A program made the position numbers and the translations under genes. Below, piece by piece: positions 20,301 to 30,432 of a stretch of DNA of 64,000 nucleotides (position 1 is its first letter; each line of letters begins with the position of its first letter). The notes beneath the pieces are model-generated. The model ran no database searches and was not told where the DNA came from. It worked only from the letters and a program-made list of their open reading frames with translations. The stretch is taken from NCBI GenBank assembly GCA_013150955.1, contig JAADJD010000027.1:33522-97521 (forward strand). The letters run 5' to 3'. Source of the DNA: Calditrichota bacterium (lineage in GTDB: Bacteria > Calditrichota > Calditrichia > RBG-13-44-9 > J042).

Positions 20301-20872
20301 GGGAGAACCTCCTCTATTGTTTGTGGATTCGGTTTAAATTATGCATTTTCATATAAATTTCCACGAATTATTTCCATGCGTTTGGCCGTTTTAGGTTGCA
20401 AAACATCCATTTCCGGAGATCGGATAATGCGCATTTAGAAAAAAGAGCGGAATAGGGATCGTATTTTTCATCCGGATGTTGCATTCCCCGACGGCTCACT
20501 CCGGCCATATTAGAGAGGCGATTTAACAAAGCCATCTGCCGGCATCTCTGGCCAATCTTCTTCTCGATGCCTCATTCAGTAACATATGGTTTCTCTTAAT
20601 GTTCACGGGTATCCTTCGCGGTGCCGGATCGTTCAAATTAAAAAAATGTTCGGGCTCAATTTAACATTTGCCATTGCTTTTTAGCGCTATTTAATTAATA
20701 CATGATTTCCAGAACAAGGGCAAGTAAATCCGAAATTTTGGGAAAATCGCTGGTAGAAAATGGCGGAGGTAGAGGCAGAATGGAGTTTAATAATTTATTT
20801 TTTATTCATTTAACGCGCCTGCCGGGCGATAATAGCTTAGAATAAAAACACAAAAGGCGGTCGATATCCAGG

Positions 20873-21769
20873 ATGGATTTAAAAACGCTGGAAAAGAAAT
20901 ACGCCAGTGGGGTGGAATTGTTAAAGCAATATGGCTATTACGATCGGGTCATTGAAGAAATCCACCTGCTGGTGAAGTATTTCGATACCAATTATTTTCT
21001 CCAGCTGCTTACGGAAAATATTTTTGATGACATCAAGGGCACGTTTCGCTCCTTTGTGCAAAAGGAATTAAAAGCGGTTTACGATGAATTGCAGGACAAT
21101 CCCACGCTCACGCTTTCCCCTTTTCTGGAACGGGAATTTAACAGCCTGACCATTTTGCTCAGTTGTTCGTTAAATGTCAAGTATCAGGTGAGTGGATTGA
21201 TGCGCTATGAACAAACCCGGCGTTTGCCATTTAAGTCCAGCCTGTTGCAGGCCATTCACCGTAAATTAAACGGAGAGATTCAGGAATACTACAAGGAACT
21301 GTCGGACAATTACAAGAAATACTTTCGGCGCCAGTTCAGTGCGCCCATGAATTCCAATTCCCACGTTTCCATTCATTGCATTCGGGAATTGCAGAAAAGT
21401 TTTGAAGAATGTTTCATTCACCAGATGCAGAAGTTTTATGTGCTTTCGGAGGCATTACAATTTGTGCACGATTATTTCATCATGGAACTGAGGGGCAGCA
21501 TACAGGAGCGGGTATCGATTATTTTTCAGGAACGACGCGATCGGCTGGAGCGGATCATGACCTATTTTATTGAGGATTTAAAACGCAATTTCATCCGGGT
21601 GCTGGATCGCCAGCTGCGGCGGGGAAAAAGTTTTAAATGGATTCAGAAGGCATTCCTGTTATTCTTAGACAGCCCCCGTTTTGAAGAGCTGATGCGACGG
21701 GTGATTTATCAGAGCCTGTCGGCCTTGCAATATCGGTCGGAACCCAGCGACGCCCGTACCGGCACCTGA
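20873..21769 (+). CDS. hypothetical protein (298 aa, soluble, K/E/R-rich, no recognisable domain)
   Basis: Long intact ORF preceded by an unusually AT-rich 570-bp leader. No motif recognised. Confidence 0.5.
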   Translation: MDLKTLEKKYASGVELLKQYGYYDRVIEEIHLLVKYFDTNYFLQLLTENIFDDIKGTFRSFVQKELKAVYDELQDNPTLTLSPFLEREFNSLTILLSCSLNVKYQVSGLMRYEQTRRLPFKSSLLQAIHRKLNGEIQEYYKELSDNYKKYFRRQFSAPMNSNSHVSIHCIRELQKSFEECFIHQMQKFYVLSEALQFVHDYFIMELRGSIQERVSIIFQERRDRLERIMTYFIEDLKRNFIRVLDRQLRRGKSFKWIQKAFLLFLDSPRFEELMRRVIYQSLSALQYRSEPSDARTGT

Positions 21770-21802
21770 TCGCCAATCGGTGGTCTGCAATGAAGAGGCT
21801 TT

Positions 21803-22030
21803 TAACCCCGATTATGCCTTAGACCGCGAATTACACGAATGAACACCAATAAAAATAATAAAGTACATCGGGTTGTATCAGGATGAAAATGTGTTTCGGT
21901 GTTTATTTGCGGTTTTGTGGATACGTTTTGGTTTCATTCGCGTGATTCGCGGTTAAATGCATTATTTGGGTTTATTGCATTATTGGGGTTAATTCGTGTG
22001 GTTCGTCGGCGATTGCGTGATCCGGGTTAA
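21803..22030. repeat. MITE-like element, forward, with an extra duplicated right arm (21986-22030)
   Basis: Identity to family consensus. Confidence 0.85.
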
Positions 22031-22070
22031 ACCCAGCAAAATGCAAAAGGGTTGGGCGGCCAGGAAGAGA

Positions 22071-23531
22071 TTAACGCGAATGGTGCAAATCGGAACGCTG
22101 GGTCACGTTTCCAATTTGTTTGAAGATGGGGTGATTTTCCGGGAGGCATTTTTTAAAGTAGCCGCGGCTAATTTCCCAGAGTTTTCGCGCCTCGTCGGTC
22201 AATCCCTGACGAAAGAGGATATTCCCGCGGTACATGTAGATGTTGCCCATGGCCTCGTCGGAGCTTTCGAACTTTACAATCAACTCTTCAAATAACTTTT
22301 CGCTGAATAGGAAGTTGTTGTATTTTACCACGAATTTTTCCAGATATTCAAACCCTTTGCGATCGTAGGGATTGTTTTTTAGCATTTCGCGGATCAGGTT
22401 TTCGATGGTGGCCACCTCCCCTTTGCGATCGTAATATTCCATCACATCCAGGTAGGCATCCTGTTGATCAGGCAGTAAATGAATGGCCTCGAATTCGTAA
22501 TCCAGGAATCGTTCTTCTTCGCCCAGATTTAGCAGAGAGAGCGCGGCCAGCCGCAGGGATTCGTAACGCATGTAAATTTCATCTTCGGAGAATTTTTGTA
22601 GCGCCAGATTGGCGTACTTAAAGCCCTGACTGTATTGCTTTTCCTGAAAGTAAATTTGCGCCAGCCGAAAGTAGGAGATGGGATCCTCAAAATTGTTTTC
22701 CACATTGCGCAGGTAAAATTCCTTTGCCTTATTGAAGTGATCCTGTTTGAAATAATAGTCGCCCAACCAGCGAAATACGTAGGCATCTTTGATGCCCAGT
22801 TTGACCACTTTCTGATAGTTGTCAAAAATGCGATTTTCGATTTCCTGAATGGATTGCTTTTTGAGCATGTTGGATTCGGCCTGATAGGAAAGTTGCATAT
22901 CGTAATAGTCGCCCAGCAATTTGTAAGCAGGGGCATAATCGGGGTGCAATTCGATGATTTTCTTCAGTACCCGATCAGGATAGCGCAGGGAAACCACCTC
23001 GAAATTGCGCAGGGAGTCAGCACTGCCTCCATTCCACTGGCTGGGATAGTCCCGCAAATAAAAAATTTGAAAATTGCGATGAGTGAAGTGATTTTTCAAG
23101 GCGTTTTCGACCATCTGGCAGGCGAACACCGGTTGCAGGCCAAAAGCCTGAATGGCGGCATCCAGCAGTTTGTGCGCGGATGCGAACTGCTTTTTCTGGA
23201 TCAGTTGCTGGGCGTCCTTCACCACGCTGGCCGAATCCAGGGCCGGAATTTCCTGAGCATACCCGACAAACGGCATGCCCAGCATTCCAATCATCATCAA
23301 CAGATACAAAAGTGTCCGTGCTGCTGACAAGTTCGTCTGCCCTCCTTTTACCCGCCGAATGAACCCTTCTTTTGTGAAAATTATGCGCACTTTCATGTCT
23401 CCCATTCCGAACATTCCGGGGTGCCGATTCACCCCGGTCTGATGTAATTCCTTAAAAATCGGGTTGTTTCGCATCCTACCCGCGACCGGCCACTTTGGCA
23501 ACTTCCATATTGGGTTCAAAAAGCATACCAA
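22071..23531 (-). CDS. secreted TPR-repeat protein
   Basis: Signal-peptide-like segment (…LLYLLMMIGMLGMPFVGYAQE…) then multiple TPR-like repeats. True start is probably an internal Met (MKVRI…) downstream of the track start. Confidence 0.6.
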   Translation of the reverse strand: MVCFLNPIWKLPKWPVAGRMRNNPIFKELHQTGVNRHPGMFGMGDMKVRIIFTKEGFIRRVKGGQTNLSAARTLLYLLMMIGMLGMPFVGYAQEIPALDSASVVKDAQQLIQKKQFASAHKLLDAAIQAFGLQPVFACQMVENALKNHFTHRNFQIFYLRDYPSQWNGGSADSLRNFEVVSLRYPDRVLKKIIELHPDYAPAYKLLGDYYDMQLSYQAESNMLKKQSIQEIENRIFDNYQKVVKLGIKDAYVFRWLGDYYFKQDHFNKAKEFYLRNVENNFEDPISYFRLAQIYFQEKQYSQGFKYANLALQKFSEDEIYMRYESLRLAALSLLNLGEEERFLDYEFEAIHLLPDQQDAYLDVMEYYDRKGEVATIENLIREMLKNNPYDRKGFEYLEKFVVKYNNFLFSEKLFEELIVKFESSDEAMGNIYMYRGNILFRQGLTDEARKLWEISRGYFKKCLPENHPIFKQIGNVTQRSDLHHSR

Positions 23532-23617
23532 TCCGAAAATTCACCGGTCATGCCGGATGATGGCTGACTTTTCCCACGATCTCCCGCTTGCAATTCACTA
23601 CCACCCCAGCGGGCGTT

Positions 23618-24133
23618 TTATTGTTTATACCCGATCTTTCGCAGAAATTCTTTCCGCTCCTGAATATCGGCTTCGGTTTCGAAGCCCTGACTTACCGAAC
23701 CGTCCACCACACCCAGCACGGAGCGTCCCATTTCTGTTTCGGCCAGAATCACTTCGGTGGGATTGGCCGTGGCGCAGTAGATGCGGCAGACTTCGGGTAC
23801 CATTTTTACGGCGTTCAGCACGTTGATGGGAAAGGCGTTTCCCAGGAAGATAAAGAATGTGTGTCCCGCAGCCACATTGGCCGCGTTTTTTTTGGCAATT
23901 TCAATAAGCTCGGCATCATTGCCGGTATAGCGAATCAGGGTTTTTCCTGAGGCTTCACAAAAAGAGATGCCAAATTTAATCCCTGGAGCGCTCTGCACCA
24001 CCGCCTCGTACAGATCCTCCACGGTTTTGATGAAATGGCTATGCCCCATGATGAAGTTCATGTCGTCCGGCTTTTCAATCTTGACCACTTTCAATTCCAT
24101 TGCGAACTCCTCCCGGTTGATGATCTGCTTCAA
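23618..24133 (-). CDS. adenosine-specific kinase-like protein (PF04008-like)
   Basis: 171 aa; [11 protein letters not shown]…[12 protein letters not shown]… resembles the conserved adenosine-specific kinase family. Assignment from recall, not computed. Confidence 0.45.
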   Translation of the reverse strand: MKQIINREEFAMELKVVKIEKPDDMNFIMGHSHFIKTVEDLYEAVVQSAPGIKFGISFCEASGKTLIRYTGNDAELIEIAKKNAANVAAGHTFFIFLGNAFPINVLNAVKMVPEVCRIYCATANPTEVILAETEMGRSVLGVVDGSVSQGFETEADIQERKEFLRKIGYKQ

Positions 24134-24240
24134 ATTTAATTGTATTCAATGGGTTACGCAACAGAAACAATCCGCGGTTGCGGCAAGTATATCCTTTAGA
24201 AATCGTGGGAAACGGCGCCATTTCGGTTTGTAAATTTTTC

Positions 24241-24269
24241 TTGACTGATCTGAGCGAAATGTCTATATT
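24241..24269 (+). promoter_or_regulatory. sigma-70-type promoter for tRNA-Lys (TTGACT-17-TATATT)
   Basis: TTGACT 24241-24246, 17-nt spacer, TATATT 24264-24269; about 33 nt upstream of tRNA 5' end. Confidence 0.5.
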
Positions 24270-24301
24270 TGCCCTGCTTTTTGGCGCGGAGATTGTGCTG
24301 T

Positions 24302-24377
24302 GGGCCCGTAGCTCAGCTGGTAGAGCAGCGGCCTTTTAAGCCGTTGGTCCCAGGTTCGAATCCTGGCGGGCTCACCA
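24302..24377 (+). tRNA. tRNA-Lys (anticodon UUU)
   Basis: 76 nt cloverleaf: acceptor GGGCCCG/CGGGCTC, anticodon loop CUUUUAA, T-loop GGTTCGAATCC, encoded CCA. Confidence 0.92.
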
Positions 24378-24382
24378 GAAAA

Positions 24383-24415
24383 GGGGATGCGAAAATCGCA
24401 TCCCCTTTGTATTTT
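24383..24415 (+). terminator. Rho-independent terminator after tRNA-Lys
   Basis: Stem GGGGATGCG-aaaa-TCGCATCCCC followed by TTTGTATTTT. Confidence 0.7.
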
Positions 24416-24439
24416 CGAACGTTCAGGGGCTGCCACGGA

Positions 24440-25099
24440 TCAGGCCTTTCGACCGGAAAGCCAGCTTCCAAGTAATCCATAAGCCATGAGTGCCACGCCG
24501 GGCAGGTAAAATCCCCACCAGAATCCACCCGGTTGAAATTGAAGAAATGCCTGCAGATCGCCACTTATCAGGTAGGGAAACGCCGGCTGAAGAAAGGCCA
24601 CCAGTGCCAGCACTGCACCCCCGATAAACGCAATCAGAAATTTTCCCGATAAGCAGGATTCTTTCGAGTCATTTAATACCAGAAGTCCCCAAATGGCAAA
24701 TAGCAGAGCGATGACCACCGGGGTTAACCAGGGACCAAACCAGGCCCAGGGAATTAAGAATAAAATGTCCCATTCTCCCCAGCGAACCGGCCATCCGATG
24801 GTGACCTTCAGCCAGATGTAATAAAACACGTCCCAGACGCCAAACTGGTACACAAAGGCCGCAAAAATGCGGGTGGCATTTCCTGGAATCGCCAGAAACG
24901 CCACACTCAACATCATGATCAGCGTCGAAGCCTCGCGACCCAGCTCTACCACAAAATCCAGTGGTGTGAACATCTTTGGGGGAAAAATCTGTAAGATGTT
25001 TTCCGGGTAGTACAATTCCCGCAGGTACACCACCACCGCTGCTTCCAGAAAGGCCATGGCTATGGCATACAGGGTTAGCCAGAAAAGAACGCGTTTCAT
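24440..25099 (-). CDS. hypothetical polytopic membrane protein
   Basis: 219 aa, at least 6 hydrophobic helices, Trp-rich; no family recognised. Confidence 0.5.
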   Translation of the reverse strand: MKRVLFWLTLYAIAMAFLEAAVVVYLRELYYPENILQIFPPKMFTPLDFVVELGREASTLIMMLSVAFLAIPGNATRIFAAFVYQFGVWDVFYYIWLKVTIGWPVRWGEWDILFLIPWAWFGPWLTPVVIALLFAIWGLLVLNDSKESCLSGKFLIAFIGGAVLALVAFLQPAFPYLISGDLQAFLQFQPGGFWWGFYLPGVALMAYGLLGSWLSGRKA

Positions 25100-25253
25100 A
25101 GGTCTCCCTCCAATTTACGGTTTCGCCGTGAAGGTTCGCTGGAATTCAGCAAACTCGTAAAAAAAGATTCTGTTCCCCTCAATTATTGGTTAATTTAAGC
25201 AGGAATCGATCAACAGTAAACCGAATCTCGCTGGAATTGAGGTTGGAAGCGCA

Positions 25254-26378
25254 ATGCCCCAAAGACGATCCGAAACCCCATCCGATGCTGCTTCTGGTAG
25301 TGGATTGAAGATTCTCCACACCGCCGATGTACACATTCGTGCGTTTCAGGATGACCGCTGGCAGGCGCTGCAGGTGGTTCTGACCGTGGCCACCCAGCAG
25401 AACGTGGATGTGGTGGTCATCAGTGGGGATTTGTTCGATGCCGCCTACCAGGGGGAACAGGTGCGGGATCGAATCCGGGAGCTGTTTCAGACGTTTCCCG
25501 GTCACATCGTATTGATTCCGGGGAATCATGATTATCAGGCGTTCCTGGATGGGTATCTGTGGGGCAACAATGTGCAGGTCATCCTGGACGCTCGGGAGCC
25601 GGTTGTGTTCGAGGGGGTGTATTTTTGGGGAATCCCCTACGAAACCCTGTCGGAGGAGCAGATCACCTGTCGGTTGATGGAGCTGGATGCAATGGCACGC
25701 AGGCAAGCCCCCGATGCCGTGCATGTGTTGCTTTACCATGGGGAGCTGCTGAATGCTCGCGGTGGGCCGGGAGCGTACGGGGAGGAAACCGAACGGAGCT
25801 ACATGCCGGTACAGATCGAAGCTTTCAAAGGAAAAATCTGGCACTATGTTCTGTCGGGGCACTTTCACCAATCCTTTCAGTGCCATGAATTTGAATCCCG
25901 GAAATATTTTGTTTACCCCGGTTCGCCCATTTCGATTACCCGAAAAGAAACTGAAGCACGAAAAGTCAACATCTTTTCACTGGGCGAGCCACCCGGTCCC
26001 GTGGTGCTGGAAACCCCGCATTACCAGCCGGTGGAAGTGACGTTAAGCCCGGAAGACACCTGGTCAGTTTTCTTGAAGCGCTGTGAGGATCAGCTGAAAG
26101 CCCTGAGCAATCTGGCTATCCCCTTGCTGACAGTTGGCGGCAGTTTCGATTCCCATCAGCTGGGGAAAACCGAAAGGGAACTGCAGGATGCGCTACAGGA
26201 GGCCTTTCCACGGGTACAGATTGAGCGCATTCAGGCAGTGGATGTGCATCGCCTGTATGCCGATGACCTGTTTCAGACCCTTCGGGAAAAAATCGCGCAA
26301 CGGACGGATTTAAATCCCGATCAGCGGGAGGAACTGCTGGCGCTGCTCATAAAAGTCATGACTCAGGAACGCGTATGA
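25254..26378 (+). CDS. SbcD/Mre11-family metallophosphoesterase nuclease (YhaO-like)
   Basis: Calcineurin-like phosphoesterase motifs (…ILHTADVHI…, GDLFD, GNHDY, …GHFH…). Translationally coupled (ATGA) to the downstream ATPase. Confidence 0.75.
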   Translation: MPQRRSETPSDAASGSGLKILHTADVHIRAFQDDRWQALQVVLTVATQQNVDVVVISGDLFDAAYQGEQVRDRIRELFQTFPGHIVLIPGNHDYQAFLDGYLWGNNVQVILDAREPVVFEGVYFWGIPYETLSEEQITCRLMELDAMARRQAPDAVHVLLYHGELLNARGGPGAYGEETERSYMPVQIEAFKGKIWHYVLSGHFHQSFQCHEFESRKYFVYPGSPISITRKETEARKVNIFSLGEPPGPVVLETPHYQPVEVTLSPEDTWSVFLKRCEDQLKALSNLAIPLLTVGGSFDSHQLGKTERELQDALQEAFPRVQIERIQAVDVHRLYADDLFQTLREKIAQRTDLNPDQREELLALLIKVMTQERV

Positions 26379-28702
26379 GGATCGAAAGTTTTCAAATCCA
26401 CCACTACGGTCCCCTGGAGGAGTCGCCTCGCATCCATCTGCGGGCATTTAATCTGTTCTGGGGAAAGAATGAGGATGGGAAGACCCTGACGCTGGAAGCT
26501 CTGGTTCGACTCTTGCTGGGCAAGGACAGCCGTAAGTTGGAGCATTATTTGCGGGTTCCGGAAATGCCCAGCGGTTATGTGGTGGTTCAGATGGATGAAG
26601 GGAAGACGATTCGATTGGAGGGGAGCCAATCCATCAGTCAGGAGCTGGATATTCCGGTTGGAATATTTTTAAACCTGTTTGTGGTTCGGAATAGCGATTT
26701 GTTGTTCCGGGAAGGTGACCGGTTTTATGCAAATGTTACCGAATTGTTGACGCAATCGCGAATATCGCGCATCAGTGGCCTGATTGAACGTGTGCATGAA
26801 GAAACCCAGCTGACGTCTACGGGAGACATTCGCGATACCGAGAAAAGCCAGAAATTGAAGAGTCGTTACATTCAGGCGAAGGAAATATTGAAGGAAATTG
26901 ACCGGCTCCAGGAAGAGGTGCGACGGCAGCGGTGGGATCAATTGTCACGAGAGCTGGCGGAAGTCCGGCAGCGGCTCAAAGAGGTGGATGAACGAATTGA
27001 GCGACTGGAAATGGCCGAACAGCAGACCCGTTACGAACAGGCGCGGCGGTTGTTGCAGGAGTACCAGGCCCTGCAGAAGCAGCTGCAACGCCTGAAAGGC
27101 ATTACCCACCAGGCAGCACAGGATTGGAACCAGCTGGAAAGCGAAATGAAATATCACCAGCGGGAAATCGCCGATCTGGAGCGTGCGCTGGAACGGGCCG
27201 AGGCAGGCATACGCCAGGACCAGCAACAGCTGAATGCCATGCAGGCAGAACTGGACAGTCTGACTCCCATCCGGGTGGGGATTGAGGAAACCCTGTTGCC
27301 AGAGTGGAAGACGTATCAGAAATATGCGGAGCAACTGGCGCAACGGCGGATTGGCCGCACCCTGTGGAACGGGTTGCTGGGGGGTGCCCTCGCTGCCACA
27401 TTGATCACCCTTTCCGCGGCATTGAGTGGGGGGAACATCATATTCCTGGTTATCTCGCTGGTCATTCTACTGGCTGTAATAACGGGTTATGTATTTTACT
27501 GGATCCGACCTCAGCAGCGATTGAATCGCCTTGTCCATGGCCTGATTCATCGCGGCATCGAGCTGGGCGTATCCGGGCAGACCGTGGAGGAGGTGATTCG
27601 GGAAGCGGAAGCGTTTCGGCGGGAGTGGCAGCGTAAGGAATCGGAATTCCAGCATCTGAAGGCGCGTCGAGATGCCGAAACCAGGCAGCTGGAGGAAAAG
27701 AAAAGGGATTTACAGTCCCGGATAAAAGACCATCATCAGTTGCAGGCTCGGCTGGAAGCATTGAAACGGGAGCTGAGCGTCTCTTCTCTGGATGAGCTTA
27801 ACAATCGCCTGCAGCAAAAGCTGGAATGGGAGAAGCAGTTGACCGGTATTCGGCAGCGCCTCAATCAGCTGCTGGGAATCCCCGAGCCGCCGGCCGGTCG
27901 GGAACAGGACATCTGGGCCAGTAGGCTGAAAGCCATTGCTCCCCCGGAAGGGGCCGGGCAACAGCTGGAAAACGTTACTTTCGATGAAAGCGCATTGCAG
28001 CGGTTACGCGCGGAGAAAAAACGGCTGGATCAGCGAAAAGAGAACCTGGAAGAAGCGGTGAGGAAGGTTCGAGAGCAGCTGGCGAACCTGGAGAATGAAG
28101 TTCGGCAGGTGTTGAGGGACTCTCCGGAACCGGTTCAGTGTCAGTCGGTGTTTGATCTGCCCCGAATTAAGGAACAACTGCAGGCATTTCGCAAAAGGGT
28201 GGAACGGCAGCAGTGGCGGGGAAAAACATTGGTTGATATTCTGAAACAGGCCCGGAAGGAGGAAGAGCATCGCATCGCCGATTTGTTTGGGAAGGAAAGT
28301 CCGGTCAGCCAGTATTTTTATGAGATTACGGGTGGACAGTATGCTTCCGTTCGGTATCATCTGGAGGAAAATCAGGTTCAGGTGATTCGGGAGGATGGGC
28401 AGCAGCTGTCCCCGGAACAACTCTCCGGTGGCACCTTCGATCAATTGTACTTTGCCATTCGAATGGCGCTGGGGACGAAGGTGCTGCAGGGACGCACCGG
28501 CTTCTTTATTCTGGATGATCCTTTTTTAAAAGCGGATCGGGAACGCCTGGAGATTATGATGAAGATGTTGCTGGAATTGAGCCAGCAGGGGTGGCAGATT
28601 CTGTACTTTTCTGCCAAAGATGAAATTCGCGAGGCACTGGCGCCTCTCATTGATGCGGGAGAGGTGGTGTTGCAGGATTTCCCTCACCCTCGTTATCATT
28701 GA
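26375..28702 (+). CDS. SbcC/Rad50-like AAA ATPase with long coiled coil and two central transmembrane helices (YhaN-like)
   Basis: N-terminal Walker A (GKNEDGKT), long heptad-rich middle, C-terminal signature/Walker B region (…LSGGTFDQLYFAIRMAL…FFILDDPF…). Residues about 330-377 (nt about 27365-27505) form two hydrophobic helices. Confidence 0.75.
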   Translation: MRIESFQIHHYGPLEESPRIHLRAFNLFWGKNEDGKTLTLEALVRLLLGKDSRKLEHYLRVPEMPSGYVVVQMDEGKTIRLEGSQSISQELDIPVGIFLNLFVVRNSDLLFREGDRFYANVTELLTQSRISRISGLIERVHEETQLTSTGDIRDTEKSQKLKSRYIQAKEILKEIDRLQEEVRRQRWDQLSRELAEVRQRLKEVDERIERLEMAEQQTRYEQARRLLQEYQALQKQLQRLKGITHQAAQDWNQLESEMKYHQREIADLERALERAEAGIRQDQQQLNAMQAELDSLTPIRVGIEETLLPEWKTYQKYAEQLAQRRIGRTLWNGLLGGALAATLITLSAALSGGNIIFLVISLVILLAVITGYVFYWIRPQQRLNRLVHGLIHRGIELGVSGQTVEEVIREAEAFRREWQRKESEFQHLKARRDAETRQLEEKKRDLQSRIKDHHQLQARLEALKRELSVSSLDELNNRLQQKLEWEKQLTGIRQRLNQLLGIPEPPAGREQDIWASRLKAIAPPEGAGQQLENVTFDESALQRLRAEKKRLDQRKENLEEAVRKVREQLANLENEVRQVLRDSPEPVQCQSVFDLPRIKEQLQAFRKRVERQQWRGKTLVDILKQARKEEEHRIADLFGKESPVSQYFYEITGGQYASVRYHLEENQVQVIREDGQQLSPEQLSGGTFDQLYFAIRMALGTKVLQGRTGFFILDDPFLKADRERLEIMMKMLLELSQQGWQILYFSAKDEIREALAPLIDAGEVVLQDFPHPRYH

Positions 28703-28709
28703 GAACGGT

Positions 28710-29024
28710 CTATTTTAATTTAACCGCGGTGCCGTATGCCAGGATTTCGGAGGCGTTGGTCATGATGTAAGAGGTGCTAAAACGCACGTCGATCACGGCA
28801 TCGGCACCCAGAGCTTCGGCCTGGGTAATCATCCGATCCAGTGCCTGTTCCCTGGCTTCGGCGATCAATTTGGTGTACTCTTCAATTTCCCCGCCCACGA
28901 CGTTTTTGAAGAGAGCCACAATATCTTTTCCCAGGTGACGGCATCGCACGGTGTTGCCTTTCACAATGCCCAGAATTTCCTTCACCTCGCGTCCCGGTAC
29001 GAAATTGGTGGTGGAAATAATCAT
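28710..29024 (-). CDS. YbjQ-family (UPF0145) protein
   Basis: 104 aa, …GEIEEYTKLIAEAREQALDRM…GADAVIDVRF… typical YbjQ. Confidence 0.8.
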   Translation of the reverse strand: MIISTTNFVPGREVKEILGIVKGNTVRCRHLGKDIVALFKNVVGGEIEEYTKLIAEAREQALDRMITQAEALGADAVIDVRFSTSYIMTNASEILAYGTAVKLK

Positions 29025-29473
29025 CGCTGAACCTCCCGGTATTTATCGTGTCTGCGGATCATCAATTTTTCCCGAAGCACGGAAACGAACAGCACAATCA
29101 TGCCCAGCACCAACACCAGAATCCCCACCTTTTGGAGCGGGCTGAGCTGGGTGGTCTGGAGCACATCCCGCACAAAATCCACACTGGCGTATCCCAGCAG
29201 AATGATGATGCCCAGCGAGATGAGTATCCAGGCAATGCCTCGCTCCAGTCGATTGTACAGATGACGCCAGTATTCTTCCCAGGCCATTTCGGGTAAAAGT
29301 TGTTTTTTCATTTCACCGGTCACCTTTTTTATGGTTTTCAATTGATGAAATTCGTCCTGGCAAGGCTGACAGTGCCCCAGATGCCGCCGGAGCGCTTCCT
29401 GTTCTTCTGCGGAAGCTTCTTGATCCAGGTATTTCATCATCAGGATCTTTATTTCATCACAGGAGCGAATCAT
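29021..29473 (-). CDS. anti-sigma factor (zf-HC2 type) with C-terminal TM segment
   Basis: HLGHCQPCQDEF zinc-finger motif; hydrophobic helices near the C-terminus; overlaps the ECF sigma gene stop (ATGA). Confidence 0.65.
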   Translation of the reverse strand: MIRSCDEIKILMMKYLDQEASAEEQEALRRHLGHCQPCQDEFHQLKTIKKVTGEMKKQLLPEMAWEEYWRHLYNRLERGIAWILISLGIIILLGYASVDFVRDVLQTTQLSPLQKVGILVLVLGMIVLFVSVLREKLMIRRHDKYREVQR

Positions 29474-30021
29474 CCGGGCACCCCTTTTAACAATTCGGCC
29501 AATTTTTTCCGGGCGTAGTAAAGCCGGGACATGACCGTCCCCAGCGGAATGTGTAGCGTATCGGCAATTTCCTGATAGGACAGTTCAGCCACTTCTTTTA
29601 GTAGAATGATTTCCCGATCCTTTTCCGGCAGCTGCTGCACCGCCTTCCAGATCCACCGGGCTTGTTCTTCCTGTTCCAGGCGATCCGGAAATGGTTCTGC
29701 CGGCTCCCGCAGTCGTCCGTTTTGACGCGCAAAAGCATCGCTAAACACGAACCATTTTCGGCGTTTCCGTTCCAGATAATTTAAACACAGGTTTTTGACA
29801 ATCTGATACAGCCACCCACCAAATGCATGGTCAAATCGATACTGATCCAGGTTCCGGTAAATCCGTAAAAAAGCTTCCTGCGATATATCCAGTGCGGCAT
29901 CGGGATTCTTCACGAAGAACATGGCGGTTGCATAAGCCTTTTGATAGTAACGCTGTACCAGTTCCTCGAATGCCTGCTTATCGCCCTGCTGACATTTCTG
30001 TATTAGTTCGGTGTCGGTCAT
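29470..30021 (-). CDS. ECF-subfamily RNA polymerase sigma-70 factor
   Basis: Regions 2 and 4 conserved (…FEELVQRYYQKAY…, …LSYQEIADTLHIPLGTVMSRLYYARKKL…). Confidence 0.85.
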   Translation of the reverse strand: MTDTELIQKCQQGDKQAFEELVQRYYQKAYATAMFFVKNPDAALDISQEAFLRIYRNLDQYRFDHAFGGWLYQIVKNLCLNYLERKRRKWFVFSDAFARQNGRLREPAEPFPDRLEQEEQARWIWKAVQQLPEKDREIILLKEVAELSYQEIADTLHIPLGTVMSRLYYARKKLAELLKGVPG

Positions 30022-30166
30022 CCCTCTGCCGCGATTTCTCCCTGATAAAGACCACTTTAATTACCCTTTGTGCGGGAAAATATTCGACCCCACGACAAAA
30101 AGTTTACGAAAGAAGTACCAGGGAAACAAATCCCGCCGGACAATTTTAAGGGCCCGTTTGATACTT

Positions 30167-30335
30167 TATCCCAAATAAAGCAATAGCCTACGAATGACAC
30201 GAATGAACAAAAAAAACCAATTAAATACATTGGATTGGGTCTGGATGAAAATGTGTTCCAAGGTTTATTCGCGATTTTGTTGATATTTTTTGGTTTCACT
30301 CGCGTGCTTCGTGGTTTAACGCATTATTTGGGTTT
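30167..30335. repeat. MITE-like element, forward
   Basis: Identity to family consensus. Confidence 0.85.
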
Positions 30336-30432
30336 ACACTGGAAAAACGATTGGGGATCAGGGGATTGCCTTCCGACATCAGGTTTGGTAGATAACGATC
30401 CAGAGCATGTGCTCTGTTCCCTGAAAATCATC

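Noticed and set aside
22635-23327. 230-aa plus-strand ORF
   Set aside because: Antisense to the TPR protein gene.
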